DNA of 64,000 bases from an uncultured Candidatus Entotheonella sp. GTDB taxonomy: Bacteria; Tectomicrobia; Entotheonellia; Entotheonellales; Entotheonellaceae. The notes beneath the pieces are model-generated. The model was not told where the DNA came from. It searched no databases and was given only the letters and a program-made list of their open reading frames with translations. The stretch lies in assembly GCA_965217185.1 (NCBI GenBank), contig OZ244252.1, positions 480,001 through 544,000 on the forward strand, given 5' to 3'. This document shows, piece after piece, positions 40,525 through 51,091 of the stretch. Each line of letters opens with the position of its first letter. The first letter of the stretch is position 1. The position numbers and the translations under genes are program-made.

Positions 40525-40772
40525 TCCAGCAGTTCCCGTTCTGTCCCACCGCCGGCTGCCAACTCGGCGATGGATTCGAGGAGGCGGCGTGCATTTTTCG
40601 GACTGCGGAGCAGGTAGGCGGTTTCCTCAAGCGCCTGATAGTCTTCAAGAGACATCATAACGACCGAGCCCTGATTTCTGCGGGTGATGATGACCGGGTC
40701 ATGATCCTCGCAGACCTTTTCCATGGTTTCCGCCAAGTGGTTCCGGGCATGTGTGTAAGGTATGGCGTTCAT
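40521..40772 (-). CDS. yefM: YefM/Phd antitoxin
   Basis: AR..LA.TM.KV..DH.PVIITR, LEETAYLLRSPKNARRL; 4-nt overlap with yoeB. Confidence 0.95.
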   Translation of the reverse strand: MNAIPYTHARNHLAETMEKVCEDHDPVIITRRNQGSVVMMSLEDYQALEETAYLLRSPKNARRLLESIAELAAGGGTERELLE

Positions 40773-40785
40773 CTGGTGTCCCTCA

Positions 40786-40800
40786 TGTTGTACATGTACC
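40786..40800 (-). promoter_or_regulatory. Putative YefM operator
   Basis: TGTACA core (40789-40794) within GTACATGTAC palindrome just upstream of yefM; TGTACA is the known E. coli YefM operator core. Confidence 0.5.
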
Positions 40801-41051
40801 GGTAACTGTGGCGTTCATTGCTTTTGACCGGTCCATCGGGCAGAAACATCGAACTCGAACAACTCTTTTTTTGAATTTCGCTTGCGTATTGCACGGCATT
40901 TGACCCCCTCGAATTCTAGGCGTTCGAGCATCGTAGCGTAAAGTTTCTCGGCTGGCAGGAGCACGTTGTAGAACGTGGAATTTCCCACAATGTAATGAAT
41001 CTCGCTGCCATCGTTCAGCACTGCAACCAGCGAATTAAAATGTTTCCAGAT

Positions 41052-42547
41052 GAGCCACTTGCAGAATTGCGTGTACGAGTGGGATTTTCTTTCTCCGTGT
41101 CAAGCGCGGGGCAGGCTCTGGGGCTGATTGGTGGACATTGGGGCCGCTTTCTGATTCTGTTGAGTTGTCAAACAACCGAATCAGGAGGAACGACCCCAAT
41201 GGCCTTACGTGAGATACTATCGAGTTACTGGTCTTGCTTTCAAGCGCTGCTGTTCCCGCAGCTTGAGGAAACGATCGGGGCGCTGGGGGAACGCCATCAG
41301 CGCTTCGTCATGGTGCTCGAATGGGTGCGGGTGGAAACGCTGCTGCCGTACCAGCACCGGCGTCGCGGCTGTCCGCCAAGCGACCGCGCGGCCTTAGCCC
41401 GCGCCTTCATCGCCAAGGCCGTCTTCGCGCTGGTTAGCACCCGGATGTTGCTTGATCGTCTGCGCCACGACAGCACTCTGCGCCGGTTGTGCGGCTGGCG
41501 TAGCGTCAAGCACATTCCGAGCGAGGCGACGTTTTCACGTGCCTTTGCCGAATTTGCCGACAGCGCCTTGCCGAGCCACCTGCACGAGGCGCTGATCAAA
41601 CGCACCCAGGGTGAGCGTCTGGCAGGCCATATTTCACGCGATTCGACGGCGATTGAAGGGCGCGAGAGACCGACCCCGAAGGCGCCGCAGCCGGCCAAGC
41701 CGAAGCGGCGGCGCGGGCGTCCGCGCAAGGGCGAGGAGCGCCCCACGGAGCCGCGCCGTCTGGAGCGCCAGCGCAACATGACCCTGCCGGAGATGCTCGC
41801 CGACTTGCCGTACGCCTGTGACATTGGCGTCAAGCGCGACGCCAAGGGCTATCAGACGTCATGGAGCGGCTACAAGTTGCATATTGACGCGGCCGACGGC
41901 GCCATCCCGGTCAGTTGCCTGCTTACCTCGGCGTCGCTGCACGACAGCCAAGTCGCCATCCCGCTGGCGACCCTGACGGCGGAGCGAGTCCGCAACCTGT
42001 ATGACCTGATGGACAGCGCCTACGATGCCCCGGAAATCCGCGCCCACAGCCGCGCCCTGGGTCATGTTGCGATCATCGACGTCAACCCCCGCAGCGGCGC
42101 GCGCAAGCAGGCGCTGCGGCAGGAGAGGCAGGCACGGCGTGCCTGTGGGTTGGTCCTGTCTGAGGAGAGACGTTACCACGAACGCTCGACCGTCGAGCGC
42201 GTCAATGGTCGCCTCAAGGATGAATTCGGAGGTCGCAGCGTGCGCGTGCGCGGCCATGCCAAGGTGCTGTGTCATCTGATGTTCGGGATTGTGGCGCTCA
42301 CGGTTGATCAGTTGATGCGCTTGGTGACCTGAAGCTGGTCTCGCGGCCCCGTTTCCTCCATCCCGGCACGCGCTGCTGTCCTGTACGCAGGGGGGAGAGT
42401 TGCGTCCGCATCGCAAGACGGGAGCCGGAACTCGGCACCGCCATGGCTGAATTCGTGGCAATTGGAACCACCGACGGCAAATGATTCACCGTACGGTCTC
42501 ATGACAACCGCTCCGAGGCCAAACTAGCGGAGTTTTGCAAGTGGCTC
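41052..42547 (+). mobile_element. 1496-bp insertion sequence (DDE; IS5/IS1182-like)
   Basis: TIRs GAGCCACTTGCA / TGCAAGTGGCTC; 4-bp TSD AGAT at 41048-41051 and 42548-42551. Confidence 0.93.
41199..42332 (+). CDS. DDE transposase
   Basis: PSEATFSR, SRDSTAI, GYKLH, MDSAYD, RSTVERVNGRLKDEFG; AGGAGG RBS. Confidence 0.92.
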   Translation: MALREILSSYWSCFQALLFPQLEETIGALGERHQRFVMVLEWVRVETLLPYQHRRRGCPPSDRAALARAFIAKAVFALVSTRMLLDRLRHDSTLRRLCGWRSVKHIPSEATFSRAFAEFADSALPSHLHEALIKRTQGERLAGHISRDSTAIEGRERPTPKAPQPAKPKRRRGRPRKGEERPTEPRRLERQRNMTLPEMLADLPYACDIGVKRDAKGYQTSWSGYKLHIDAADGAIPVSCLLTSASLHDSQVAIPLATLTAERVRNLYDLMDSAYDAPEIRAHSRALGHVAIIDVNPRSGARKQALRQERQARRACGLVLSEERRYHERSTVERVNGRLKDEFGGRSVRVRGHAKVLCHLMFGIVALTVDQLMRLVT

Positions 42548-44257
42548 AGATGTCATCAAAATACTTCGCTACGTAATTCGCCAATAGTCTTCCATTTTTG
42601 TTGTCGTGATGTTTTATCCCGTCCAGTGCTTCATTTAGTAGTGGGTGCTCAAATGGATCCGCTGGACGTTTCCAATCCAACAGTCTGCTGGTTGCTACGC
42701 CCCAGGTGCCGCCTATTGCCGTCCAATCCAATTCCCCCGCGTCTCGGCCATTGTCCAGAAATCCGAGCCAATACATGTAGGGCCGAAGCTCACGGATATA
42801 CGACATCCGGTTTGCGTACGGCGGAGAGGTAATGACGAGGTCGAAAGGACCCTTTACAGCTTCCTGAAGGTTTCTGGAATCGCCAAGAACTACGTGCCCC
42901 GACCCTGCTGGGTTCTCCTCCGCACCTTCCAGTACGAACCGCACGTTTTCGCTGAACACGTGACCCATATCGACATTAAGCGGGAGATGCAATTGCCCGC
43001 ATTCTTTGAAAGACATGGACTGGTGATTGAACGCCGCGTTTGAAAGTTCGATCAGTGTCCTGCAGAACGCTATCGACAGAAGCGCCTTTTCCGATGAATC
43101 CCTTTTGCTTTCCATTTCGATACCGGCCTTGAGCCTGCATAAGAATTCCAGCGTTTTTTCGGGCCACCATCTTGCAATGTTATGAATCGGCGGCGCCTTC
43201 CCGGGCTCAACTGATTTTCGCTTTACCGACTCAACCACCCTTGCATGTGCCCTGTGCGTTGAAAGGATCGAAGGTCTGGAGTACGAAGCCGTTTTTACTT
43301 GGCCGAGCCAAACAAGAAAGGGGTTGATATCCGTCGTTACGCCTTCGTGTCCGTGATACGCTGCACTCAGCGCCGTCGTTGTAGTTCCGCAAAAGGGATC
43401 CAGCACGCGCAGCGGTTTTTCATATTGCTGCATGAGCTCTTCAACAATCTTGACTGAGTACGCTGGTGTTAGGCGCAGCCAACCATGTCGTCCCGTTTTC
43501 GCGTTGAATTTATGCGTATAGTCGGCTCTTTGGCGGATATCTTCTCTGGCAACTGAACTCATCTCGTCTCCGTAGCCAACAACTTATTCAGAGTGGTATC
43601 GATCTCTTCCCGAAGTGTGCCACTGTTCCGTTCAAAGAAGGCTGCCAAGTCGTATCCAACGACGTCTCTCATGAAGTCGTAGGTCGATAGCCGGGGATCC
43701 GTAGCGCCAACGCCTCCCGTCATGACCGACCACTTCTCCGCGCGGTAACGCAGAAGAACATCATTATCGATTTGTCCTGACAAGATCACCGCGCACGGGA
43801 AATATCCTTTCGTATATGCCGCGGCGGCATTGGCGATGTCGGCATTCTGTCGCTTCGAGTCCTTGCTCTTGTACCCCTGCCTGACTTCAAAGACCGTGCC
43901 CGTCAAAATCTGGAATACCTTTCGGTCAACTTCCAACATTTTCGCTGAGTCGCGCATCCACTTACGGAAACGATTCCGCTTGCCTTTGTCACGGATTTTC
44001 TCCAGCGGAACCCGTCCGTCCAGATATAATGTCCGTTGTCGTCCACTTGGCAACGTGACGCGATACGACCACGTCACATCATCTTGGGATAGATCGAACG
44101 CATCCTTCACGACCCTGCCGAAACAACTTCTCGCATCCAATCCCGATCTGCCTATACACGCTCGTTATTCCACCGGCTGCCTTGTGGGCTGCGTACATCA
44201 TCGGGTTATCCAACCCAAACCAGTTGTAAAAGGAATCTCCCTGATAGAGTTCCTGAA

Positions 44258-45545
44258 GGGCATCTCTAATAATACCCATCTCCCACGTGGTTTAGAATCA
44301 CTGAAACACGTCAACCAACAAGGCCGGAGGAGTGCAACATGGCTCAGATGGGCTTTTTCGATATCGAGAATCGCTACGCCGCTCTGGACGCCAAAAACGA
44401 TCCCCTGGTGAAGGTCAACGCTGCCGTTCCGTGGGAAGCGTTCCGCAGCCGCCTGGAGCAAGTCTGGCGCAAGCCAGCCGACAAGCGCAAGTCCAATGCG
44501 GGGTGCAAGCCGTGGGATGCCATCGTCATGTTCAAGGCCATCATTTTGTGCGCCCTCTACAATCTGTCGGACGACCAGGTCGAGTATCAGATGCGCGACC
44601 GCCTGTCCTTTGTGCGCTTCTTGGCCTTGACACTCGAAGACAAGGTGCCCGATGCCAAGACGGTGTGGCTCTACCGCGAACAGTTGTCACAGGCCGGCCT
44701 CATCGATGCCTTGTTCGAGGATTTCGACGGCTACCTGAAAAGCCAGGGCTACCAGGCGATGGGTGGCCAGATCATCGATGCTTCGATTGTCGCGGTTCCC
44801 ATGCAACGCAATCGTCGTGACGACAATGAGCAGATCAAACGGGGTGAGACACCTGAGGCCTGGGCCGACAAGCCAGCCAAGCGTCGACAAAAGGACAGGG
44901 ATGCGCGCTGGACGAAGAAGCACGGCAAGAGCCACTATGGCTACAAGAATCACGTCACCATCGACCGTCGGCACAAGCTGATACGGCGTTACCGGGTGAC
45001 GGATGCGGCGGTGCACGACAGCCAAGTGATTGAGGAGTTGCTTACGTCGGACAACACGGCAAGCGGTGTCTGGGCGGACAGCGCCTAGCGGTCGAAAGCC
45101 ATTGAAGCGACGCTGAAGGCCAGGGGTTTGAGGAGTCGGATTCATCGCAAGGGCTATCGCAACCGTCCGTTGCGTGATTGGGAGAAAGCAGGCAACCAGA
45201 GCCGTTCACGGTTTCGGGTACGGGTAGAGCATGTCTTCGGGGCGCAGCAAAACGACATGGGCGGGACGTTGGTTCGCAGCATCGGGCTTGTACGGGCGAG
45301 GGCGCGGATAGGTCTCAAGAACCTTGCCTACAACATGCGTCGCCTGATTCAATTACAACGCCTTGCGAGCGCCAGTTGAGCGCCAACGGTGCGGAAGGGT
45401 GCACCGGAGGCCCTCATTGGAAGGCGAATCCTCCTTGCTGGGAGGCAGTCCCCCTGGACAGCCGAGTTCATTTTCTCACCGACATGCCAGCGAATTGCCA
45501 CTCTCGCCATCTATGACTATCCACGAGGCATTTTTCGAGATGCCC
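44258..45545 (+). mobile_element. 1288-bp IS5-family insertion sequence
   Basis: TIRs GGGCATCTCTAATAATACC / GGGCATCTCGAAAAATGCC (16/19); TSD TGAA at 44254-44257 and 45546-45549. Confidence 0.93.
44339..45379 (+). pseudogene. IS5-family transposase with in-frame amber stop
   Basis: VPDAKTVW, IIDASIV, GYKNH, ADSA*RS (TAG 45086-45088 where Tyr is expected), RVRVEHVFG in the same frame. Confidence 0.88.
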
Positions 45546-45786
45546 TGAAACTGCTCCAGCGTCAAACCGCCGCCTTTCGCCCCCTGTCCGAATTTCGGCC
45601 TGTATTGTGCGCAGACACGAATCGCATCAAGTATGATCTGCACATACTGCTCATCTGTACCGTTCATGCTGGTCCCTGCCATCTGTTTCACCGGAGATGT
45701 ACCAACTACAGTCCTATAATAACAGCACGCAAAGGATGGATTCCAAATGGACACCGGGACCGATACCCGCCGCAGGAGTAGTTCTT

Positions 45787-46137
45787 ATGACCGAGTTTGT
45801 CCCCGTCTGCAAAGCGGCTGATCTATCCCCCGGCAGCATGACCTGGGTCGCCGTGGACCGGGAGCGGGTGCTGCTGGCCAACGTCGAGGGAAGGTTTTAC
45901 GCGCTCAGTGACGTGTGCGGCCACCTGCGCGCACCGCTGTCGCGCGGTCGGCTGGACGGCTACAGCGTCGAATGCCCCCTGCACTTCGCCTGTTTTGACG
46001 TCCGCACCGGAGCGTTGATCAGCGGCCCGATTGCCACCGACGTGTCCACCTACCAGGTTCGTGTCGAGGACGGCACCGTGTACGTCAGCTCCCAACCGCA
46101 GGCTGGCCTGCTGGACGCCGACTCGAAAATGCCTTAA
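45787..46137 (+). CDS. Rieske-type [2Fe-2S] ferredoxin
   Basis: CGH...L..G...ECPLH motif. Confidence 0.9.
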   Translation: MTEFVPVCKAADLSPGSMTWVAVDRERVLLANVEGRFYALSDVCGHLRAPLSRGRLDGYSVECPLHFACFDVRTGALISGPIATDVSTYQVRVEDGTVYVSSQPQAGLLDADSKMP

Positions 46138-46183
46138 TAATGTCCCTTCACTTCGTTCACGCCACGCATCGAGGACCCCGCAC

Positions 46184-46828
46184 ATGGAAAAATTCACCAC
46201 CCTGAGCGGCATTGCGGCACCCATGGACATGATGAACATCGACACCGATCAGATCATCCCCAAGCTGCACCTGCGCACCATCAAGCGGACGGGCCTCGGC
46301 AAGGTGGTCTTCGACGAGTTGCGCTTCAACGCCGACGGCAGCGAAAAGCCGGACTTCGTGCTTAATCGCGAGCCGTACCGCCGCGCTAACATCCTCGTCG
46401 CCGGGGACAATTTCGGCTGCGGGTCGTCGCGCGAGCACGCTCCCTGGGCGCTGCTCGACTTTGGCATCCGCTGCATCATCTCCACCAGCTTCGCCGATAT
46501 CTTCTACAACAATTGCTTCAAGAACGGCATCCTGCCCGTCACCGTCGGCAAGGACGACTGGCGCCTGCTGCTGAACGACGCCGCCAACCCGGAAAGCCCC
46601 AGACTGATAGTGGACCTCGAAGCCCTGAAAATCACCCGGCCCAACGGCGACCCGATCACCTTTGAGATCGACGGCTTCCGGCGTGACTGCCTGTTGAACG
46701 GCCTTGACGACATCGGTCTGACGCTGCAGAAAGCTGACAAGATCGACGCCTTTGAGACAACTCAGAGAAAACAGCAGCCCTGGCTGTACGCTCCGGCTGG
46801 GCCCACAGCGAGCGTCAGTCGAGCGTAG
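46184..46828 (+). CDS. leuD: 3-isopropylmalate dehydratase small subunit (LeuD type)
   Basis: [51 protein letters not shown]. Confidence 0.88.
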   Translation: MEKFTTLSGIAAPMDMMNIDTDQIIPKLHLRTIKRTGLGKVVFDELRFNADGSEKPDFVLNREPYRRANILVAGDNFGCGSSREHAPWALLDFGIRCIISTSFADIFYNNCFKNGILPVTVGKDDWRLLLNDAANPESPRLIVDLEALKITRPNGDPITFEIDGFRRDCLLNGLDDIGLTLQKADKIDAFETTQRKQQPWLYAPAGPTASVSRA

Positions 46829-46870
46829 AAAACAAATCTGCACGAGTGTAGCGAGTGAAGGAGAGCCGCT

Positions 46871-48280
46871 GTGGCGAGCCCGCAAACCCTGTTCGATAAA
46901 ATCTGGCAGAGCCACGTCGTGGACGCGCAGGACGACGGCACCACGATTCTGTACATCGACCGGCACCTTCTGCACGAGGTGCTGTCGCCGCAAGCCTTCG
47001 AGGGTCTGCGGCTGGCTGGACGCCAGGTGCGGCGGCGCGACGCGACTCTGGCCGTGGCCGACCACAACGTTCCCACCACCGACCGCCGGCAGGGCATTGA
47101 AGACCCGGAATCTCGCCTGCAGGTCGAGACCCTGAGCATCAACTGCAAGGAATTCGACGTACCGATCTTCGACATGCTGGACCCGCGTCAGGGTATCGTG
47201 CACGTCATCGGGCCGGAGCAGGGCTTCACCCTGCCGGGCGCCACCGTGGTGTGCTGCGACAGCCATACCGCCACGCACGGGGCGTTCGGGGCGCTGGCGT
47301 TCGGTATCGGCACCTCCGAGGGCGAGCACGTGCTGGCCACGCAGACGCTGCGCACTTCCAAGCCCAAAAACATGCGGGTGCTGGTCGATGACCCGTTGCC
47401 GCCGGGCTGCACCGGCAAGGACCTCATCCTGACGATCATCGGGCGCATCGGCACCGCCGGCGGCACTGGCCATATCGTCGAATACGTCGGGCGGGCCTTT
47501 CGCGACTTGTCCATGGAAGGGCGCATGACGGTCAGCAACATGACCATCGAGGCCGGTGCTCGCGCCGGTCTGGTGGCGCCCGACGACAAAACGTTTGCCT
47601 ATCTCAAGGGCCGCCCCATGGCGCCGCAGGGAGCGCAGTGGGACGCCGCGGTAGCCTATTGGCGGACGCTCAAATCCGACGATGGCGCCGTGTATGATCG
47701 CGAGGTGCGGATCGACGCCGCGGACATCGCCCCGCAGGTGACCTGGGGCACCAGCCCCGAGGACGTGGTGCCGATTACCGGCGCGGTGCCCGATCCGCAG
47801 GACGCGCCCACCGAAGCCAAGCGCGCCGCCATGTGCCGGTCGCTGGACTACATGGGGCTGACACCGGGCACCCGGATGACCGACGTGTCCATCGACAACG
47901 TTTTCATCGGCTCGTGCACCAATAGCCGCATTGAGGACCTGCGTGCCGCCGCCGACATCCTGCGCGGCCGGCAGGTTGCCGCCCACGTGGACGCGATGGT
48001 GTCGCCGGGGTCGTCGATCATCAAGCAGCAGGCCGAAGCCGAGGGGCTGGACCAGGTTTTCATCGCTGCCGGCTTCCAGTGGCGCGAATCCGGCTGCTCC
48101 ATGTGTCTGGGCATGAACCCCGACCGCGTGCCGCCCGGCAAGCGCTGTGCCTCCACCTCGAACCGCAACTTCGAGGGCCGCCAAGGCCGCGATGCCCGCA
48201 CCCATCTCGTCAGTCCGGCGATGGCCGCCGCCGCGGCGGTCACAGGCCGTCTCACTGACGTGCGCCAACTGGCCCGCTGA
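46871..48280 (+). CDS. leuC: 3-isopropylmalate dehydratase large subunit (LeuC type)
   Basis: [58 protein letters not shown]. Confidence 0.88.
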   Translation: MASPQTLFDKIWQSHVVDAQDDGTTILYIDRHLLHEVLSPQAFEGLRLAGRQVRRRDATLAVADHNVPTTDRRQGIEDPESRLQVETLSINCKEFDVPIFDMLDPRQGIVHVIGPEQGFTLPGATVVCCDSHTATHGAFGALAFGIGTSEGEHVLATQTLRTSKPKNMRVLVDDPLPPGCTGKDLILTIIGRIGTAGGTGHIVEYVGRAFRDLSMEGRMTVSNMTIEAGARAGLVAPDDKTFAYLKGRPMAPQGAQWDAAVAYWRTLKSDDGAVYDREVRIDAADIAPQVTWGTSPEDVVPITGAVPDPQDAPTEAKRAAMCRSLDYMGLTPGTRMTDVSIDNVFIGSCTNSRIEDLRAAADILRGRQVAAHVDAMVSPGSSIIKQQAEAEGLDQVFIAAGFQWRESGCSMCLGMNPDRVPPGKRCASTSNRNFEGRQGRDARTHLVSPAMAAAAAVTGRLTDVRQLAR

Positions 48281-48289
48281 GAGGTCCGC

Positions 48290-49345
48290 ATGGTGCAGCG
48301 TCTTTCCGTCCTCGACCAAACTATCGCCGCCGCCGGTCAGCCCGCCCACGTCGCCATCCGCAACACCGTGGCGCTGGCGCAGCATTGCGAACGGCTGGGA
48401 TATGCGCGCTTCTGGGTCTCTGAACACCACAACCACCCGACCATCCTCGGCACGGCGCCGGAAATTCTGATCAGCGCCATCGCGGTCACCACGTCACGCA
48501 TCCGCGTCGGCAGTGCCGGGATCATGCTGCCGCACTACGCGCCGTTCAAAGTCGCCGAGCAGTTCCGTGTGCTCGACGCCCTGGCGCCTGGGCGTATTGA
48601 TCTGGGATTGGGGCGTGCGCCTGGCTCGGACGGCCTGACAGCCTTTGCCCTGCACCCGCTGGCGAATGAGCGACCGGCGCAATTCCCCGCCGACGTGCGC
48701 GACCTGCTGGCCTGGGTAAGCGGCGCGCCCCTGGCCGACGGCCATCCGTTTGCCGCGGTCAAGGCGCACCCGATGAGCGACACCGTGCCGGAGACGTGGA
48801 TTCTCGGCAGCTCGACCTATGGCGCGCAGGTGGCGGCGCATTTCGGCTTGCCGTACTGCTTCGCTTGGTTCTTCACCGACGGCCAAGGCGCCCGACAGGC
48901 GCTGCGGGTTTATCAGGGGGCTTACCAGCCCAGTGAGCGGCACCCGCATCCGCACGCCGGTATCTGCGTGTGGGCCCTGGCCGCCGACAGCGAGGAAGAG
49001 GCGCAGTACCACTTCACCTCGCGGGCCATTTGGCGCCTGTCGCGCGACCGCGGCGTGTTTCTGCCGTTTGAAGCGCCTGACGTCGCCGCTGCGCAACCGC
49101 TGAGCGCCGCTGAGACAAAGCGGGTGGAACAATTGCGCCGCGATTCGTTGGTAGGCACCAAGGAGCACGTGGCGGCCCGCATCCGCGAGCTCGCCGAGGA
49201 CCTCAACGTGGATGAAGTTGCGGTCGTCACCTGGACTTACGATGAGGCCGTCCGCCGGCGCAGCTACGAACTCCTGGCCCAGGCTTTCGAGCACGCTTAT
49301 CAAGCCATCCCTACAACCCCTGAGAGTGTCCCGCTGCAGTCGTAA
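48290..49345 (+). CDS. Luciferase-like (LLM) flavin-dependent oxidoreductase
   Basis: RFWVSEHHN, IRVGSAGIMLPHY, PGRIDLGLGRAPG. Confidence 0.92.
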   Translation: MVQRLSVLDQTIAAAGQPAHVAIRNTVALAQHCERLGYARFWVSEHHNHPTILGTAPEILISAIAVTTSRIRVGSAGIMLPHYAPFKVAEQFRVLDALAPGRIDLGLGRAPGSDGLTAFALHPLANERPAQFPADVRDLLAWVSGAPLADGHPFAAVKAHPMSDTVPETWILGSSTYGAQVAAHFGLPYCFAWFFTDGQGARQALRVYQGAYQPSERHPHPHAGICVWALAADSEEEAQYHFTSRAIWRLSRDRGVFLPFEAPDVAAAQPLSAAETKRVEQLRRDSLVGTKEHVAARIRELAEDLNVDEVAVVTWTYDEAVRRRSYELLAQAFEHAYQAIPTTPESVPLQS

Positions 49346-49381
49346 GGCGCGCGCCGCCTGCTGGCTGATCTACGGAGAGTT

Positions 49382-51070
49382 ATGGATACCCCGCAACCGT
49401 TCAGCCTGCTATGGCCTACCGGCGCGTCACGCCGCCATACGGAATTGGACGCCCAGTGCGTGCGCGACCTGGAGTTGGACCAGACCCTCTTGGCGCTCAC
49501 GCGCAGCAGCATCGAACGCAGCAAAGTTCGGGACATTCTCACTCGTATCTGCACCGACCCCGCCGTCATTGCCTATCGTCAGGACGTCATCGAAGACCTG
49601 TGGAACCATGCGGCATTCCGGGAGGGTTTGGAAGCCCTCCTGCCGTCCGTTGGCGCCCTGGACTCGTATCGCTCCTCCTTTAATCGTAAACGTTCCGCGT
49701 TTCAGGACGTGACGTGGCGCCTGGGCGAACTGGACCATTTCGTGAGTTGCGTCAGCGGCCTGAACAGCCTGTTCGACGTGGTGGGGGAGGGCGTGCGGGC
49801 CGAGGGTTGGCGCACTCTGTGCGGCCTCATTGCCCACACCGCCGACGACCCCGTCTACCGCAACCTGACGCGCGAGCTACCGGACATGCTCGATACGTTG
49901 CGCACCAAGGCAAGCGTCACCATCGGCGTCAATCTGGACAGCCAACTGCGGCCGGTAGCGGCCACGCTGCTGTCGGTCAACGCCCGGCGCTTCGTCTCGT
50001 CGTCGTTCCTCGATCGTCTCCTGGGGCGGGAGGGCGACGAATTCAAGGGTATCGGCCCGCTGCACAGCGTGCCCGAGCTTGATCCCGGCCCCGGCATCCC
50101 GGGTCTGGCGGGCGGCCGTCAGGACGTCAATCCGCTCATGGTGCCGCTGTTCAGCGACCTCGCTCGCGTGTTGGATTCCGTCTGCCGGCCGATTGCCCGC
50201 ATCCTGCGCCGCTACGTCACCGTGCAGAGCGGCTTTCTGGCGACGCTGAGCGGCGACATGACGTTTTACTTGGCTGCCATCCGGCTCATGGAGCGGCTGC
50301 GGAACCACGGGTTGCCGGTATGCCGGCCCGGTATTGCGCCGATGGACGAGCGGGCTGGCGAGTTGCGTGAGGCTTACAATCTGAATCTGGCGTTGCAGGG
50401 TGCGGGAGAGACAGATGGGCCGGACCGCATTGTCAGGAACGACGTTTGCATGGATCGCGACCGTCGCATCACGATTCTGACCGGCCCCAATCAGGGCGGC
50501 AAGACGACCTACACGCAGATGGTCGGCCTGTGCCAGATCCTCGCTCAGGCCGGCCTGTGGTTGCCGGCGACGGAGGCCCGCGTCAGCCCGGTCGACAATA
50601 TCTTCACCCACTACCCGGTCGAGGAGAGTCTGGCCAAGGCTACGGGGCGGTTTGGAGACGAAGCGCAGCGCCTGAGTCAGATCTTCAAGCGCGCCACGCG
50701 GCACAGCCTGATCCTGCTGAACGAATCGCTGGCCAGCACCAGCCCCGGCGAAAGCGTCTACTTGGCGCAGGACATCAGCCGCATCCTGCGCCGCATGGGC
50801 ACGCGCGCCATTTTTGCCACTCACCTGCACGAACTTGCCGCCGCCGTGCCCCAGCTCAATGCCGAAACGGACGGGGGCAGTGGGCTAGTGAGTCTGGTGG
50901 CGTCGCGCCTGCAGGACGGCGAGGACGGCGATAAACGGTCGTACAAGATTCTTCCGGGTCCGCCCATGGGGCGCAGCTATGCCCGTGAGATTGCCTCGAA
51001 ATACGGCATCAGCTACGAGCAATTGACGACGTTGCTGCAGGAGCGCGGCGTGTTGGACGAATCGTCCTGA
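49382..51070 (+). CDS. MutS-related ATPase (domain V only, no mismatch-recognition domain)
   Basis: TGPNQGGKTT, GRFGDE, LLNESLAST, ATHLHEL, RSYA. Confidence 0.82.
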   Translation: MDTPQPFSLLWPTGASRRHTELDAQCVRDLELDQTLLALTRSSIERSKVRDILTRICTDPAVIAYRQDVIEDLWNHAAFREGLEALLPSVGALDSYRSSFNRKRSAFQDVTWRLGELDHFVSCVSGLNSLFDVVGEGVRAEGWRTLCGLIAHTADDPVYRNLTRELPDMLDTLRTKASVTIGVNLDSQLRPVAATLLSVNARRFVSSSFLDRLLGREGDEFKGIGPLHSVPELDPGPGIPGLAGGRQDVNPLMVPLFSDLARVLDSVCRPIARILRRYVTVQSGFLATLSGDMTFYLAAIRLMERLRNHGLPVCRPGIAPMDERAGELREAYNLNLALQGAGETDGPDRIVRNDVCMDRDRRITILTGPNQGGKTTYTQMVGLCQILAQAGLWLPATEARVSPVDNIFTHYPVEESLAKATGRFGDEAQRLSQIFKRATRHSLILLNESLASTSPGESVYLAQDISRILRRMGTRAIFATHLHELAAAVPQLNAETDGGSGLVSLVASRLQDGEDGDKRSYKILPGPPMGRSYAREIASKYGISYEQLTTLLQERGVLDESS

Positions 51071-51091
51071 TTCTTGCTGAGGAGAATGGGT

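Larger units (their letters stand above)
40815..43562 (-). pseudogene. Type II DNA methyltransferase (SPPY, probably N4-cytosine), interrupted by an IS
   Basis: LDPFCGT and TSPPY motifs; removing the IS plus one TSD joins YFDDI to WKHFNSLVAVLNDG, giving ~415 aa. Confidence 0.88.
43559..45667 (-). pseudogene. Putative type II restriction endonuclease, interrupted by an IS5 and a +1 frameshift
   Basis: Three pieces rejoin to ~271 aa (LTLEQFQ|ELYQGDSFY; KLFRQ|VVKDAF); LDGR..FEVRQGYKS PD-(D/E)xK-like motif; ATGA overlap with the methyltransferase. Confidence 0.75.

Noticed and set aside
45086..45088. In-frame TAG as pyrrolysine or recoding signal
   Set aside because: Single occurrence at a Tyr position in a transposase; TAG is used as a normal stop elsewhere in the window
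29427..45786. att-like direct repeats at the defence island borders
   Set aside because: Only short chance matches (ATTCCAA, ACCGGGA); no integrase or tRNA
46157..48436. 759-aa minus-strand ORF (likewise 27310..28827, 15755..16990, 35461..36633)
   Set aside because: Antisense shadows of well-supported genes in GC-rich DNA; no recognisable motifs
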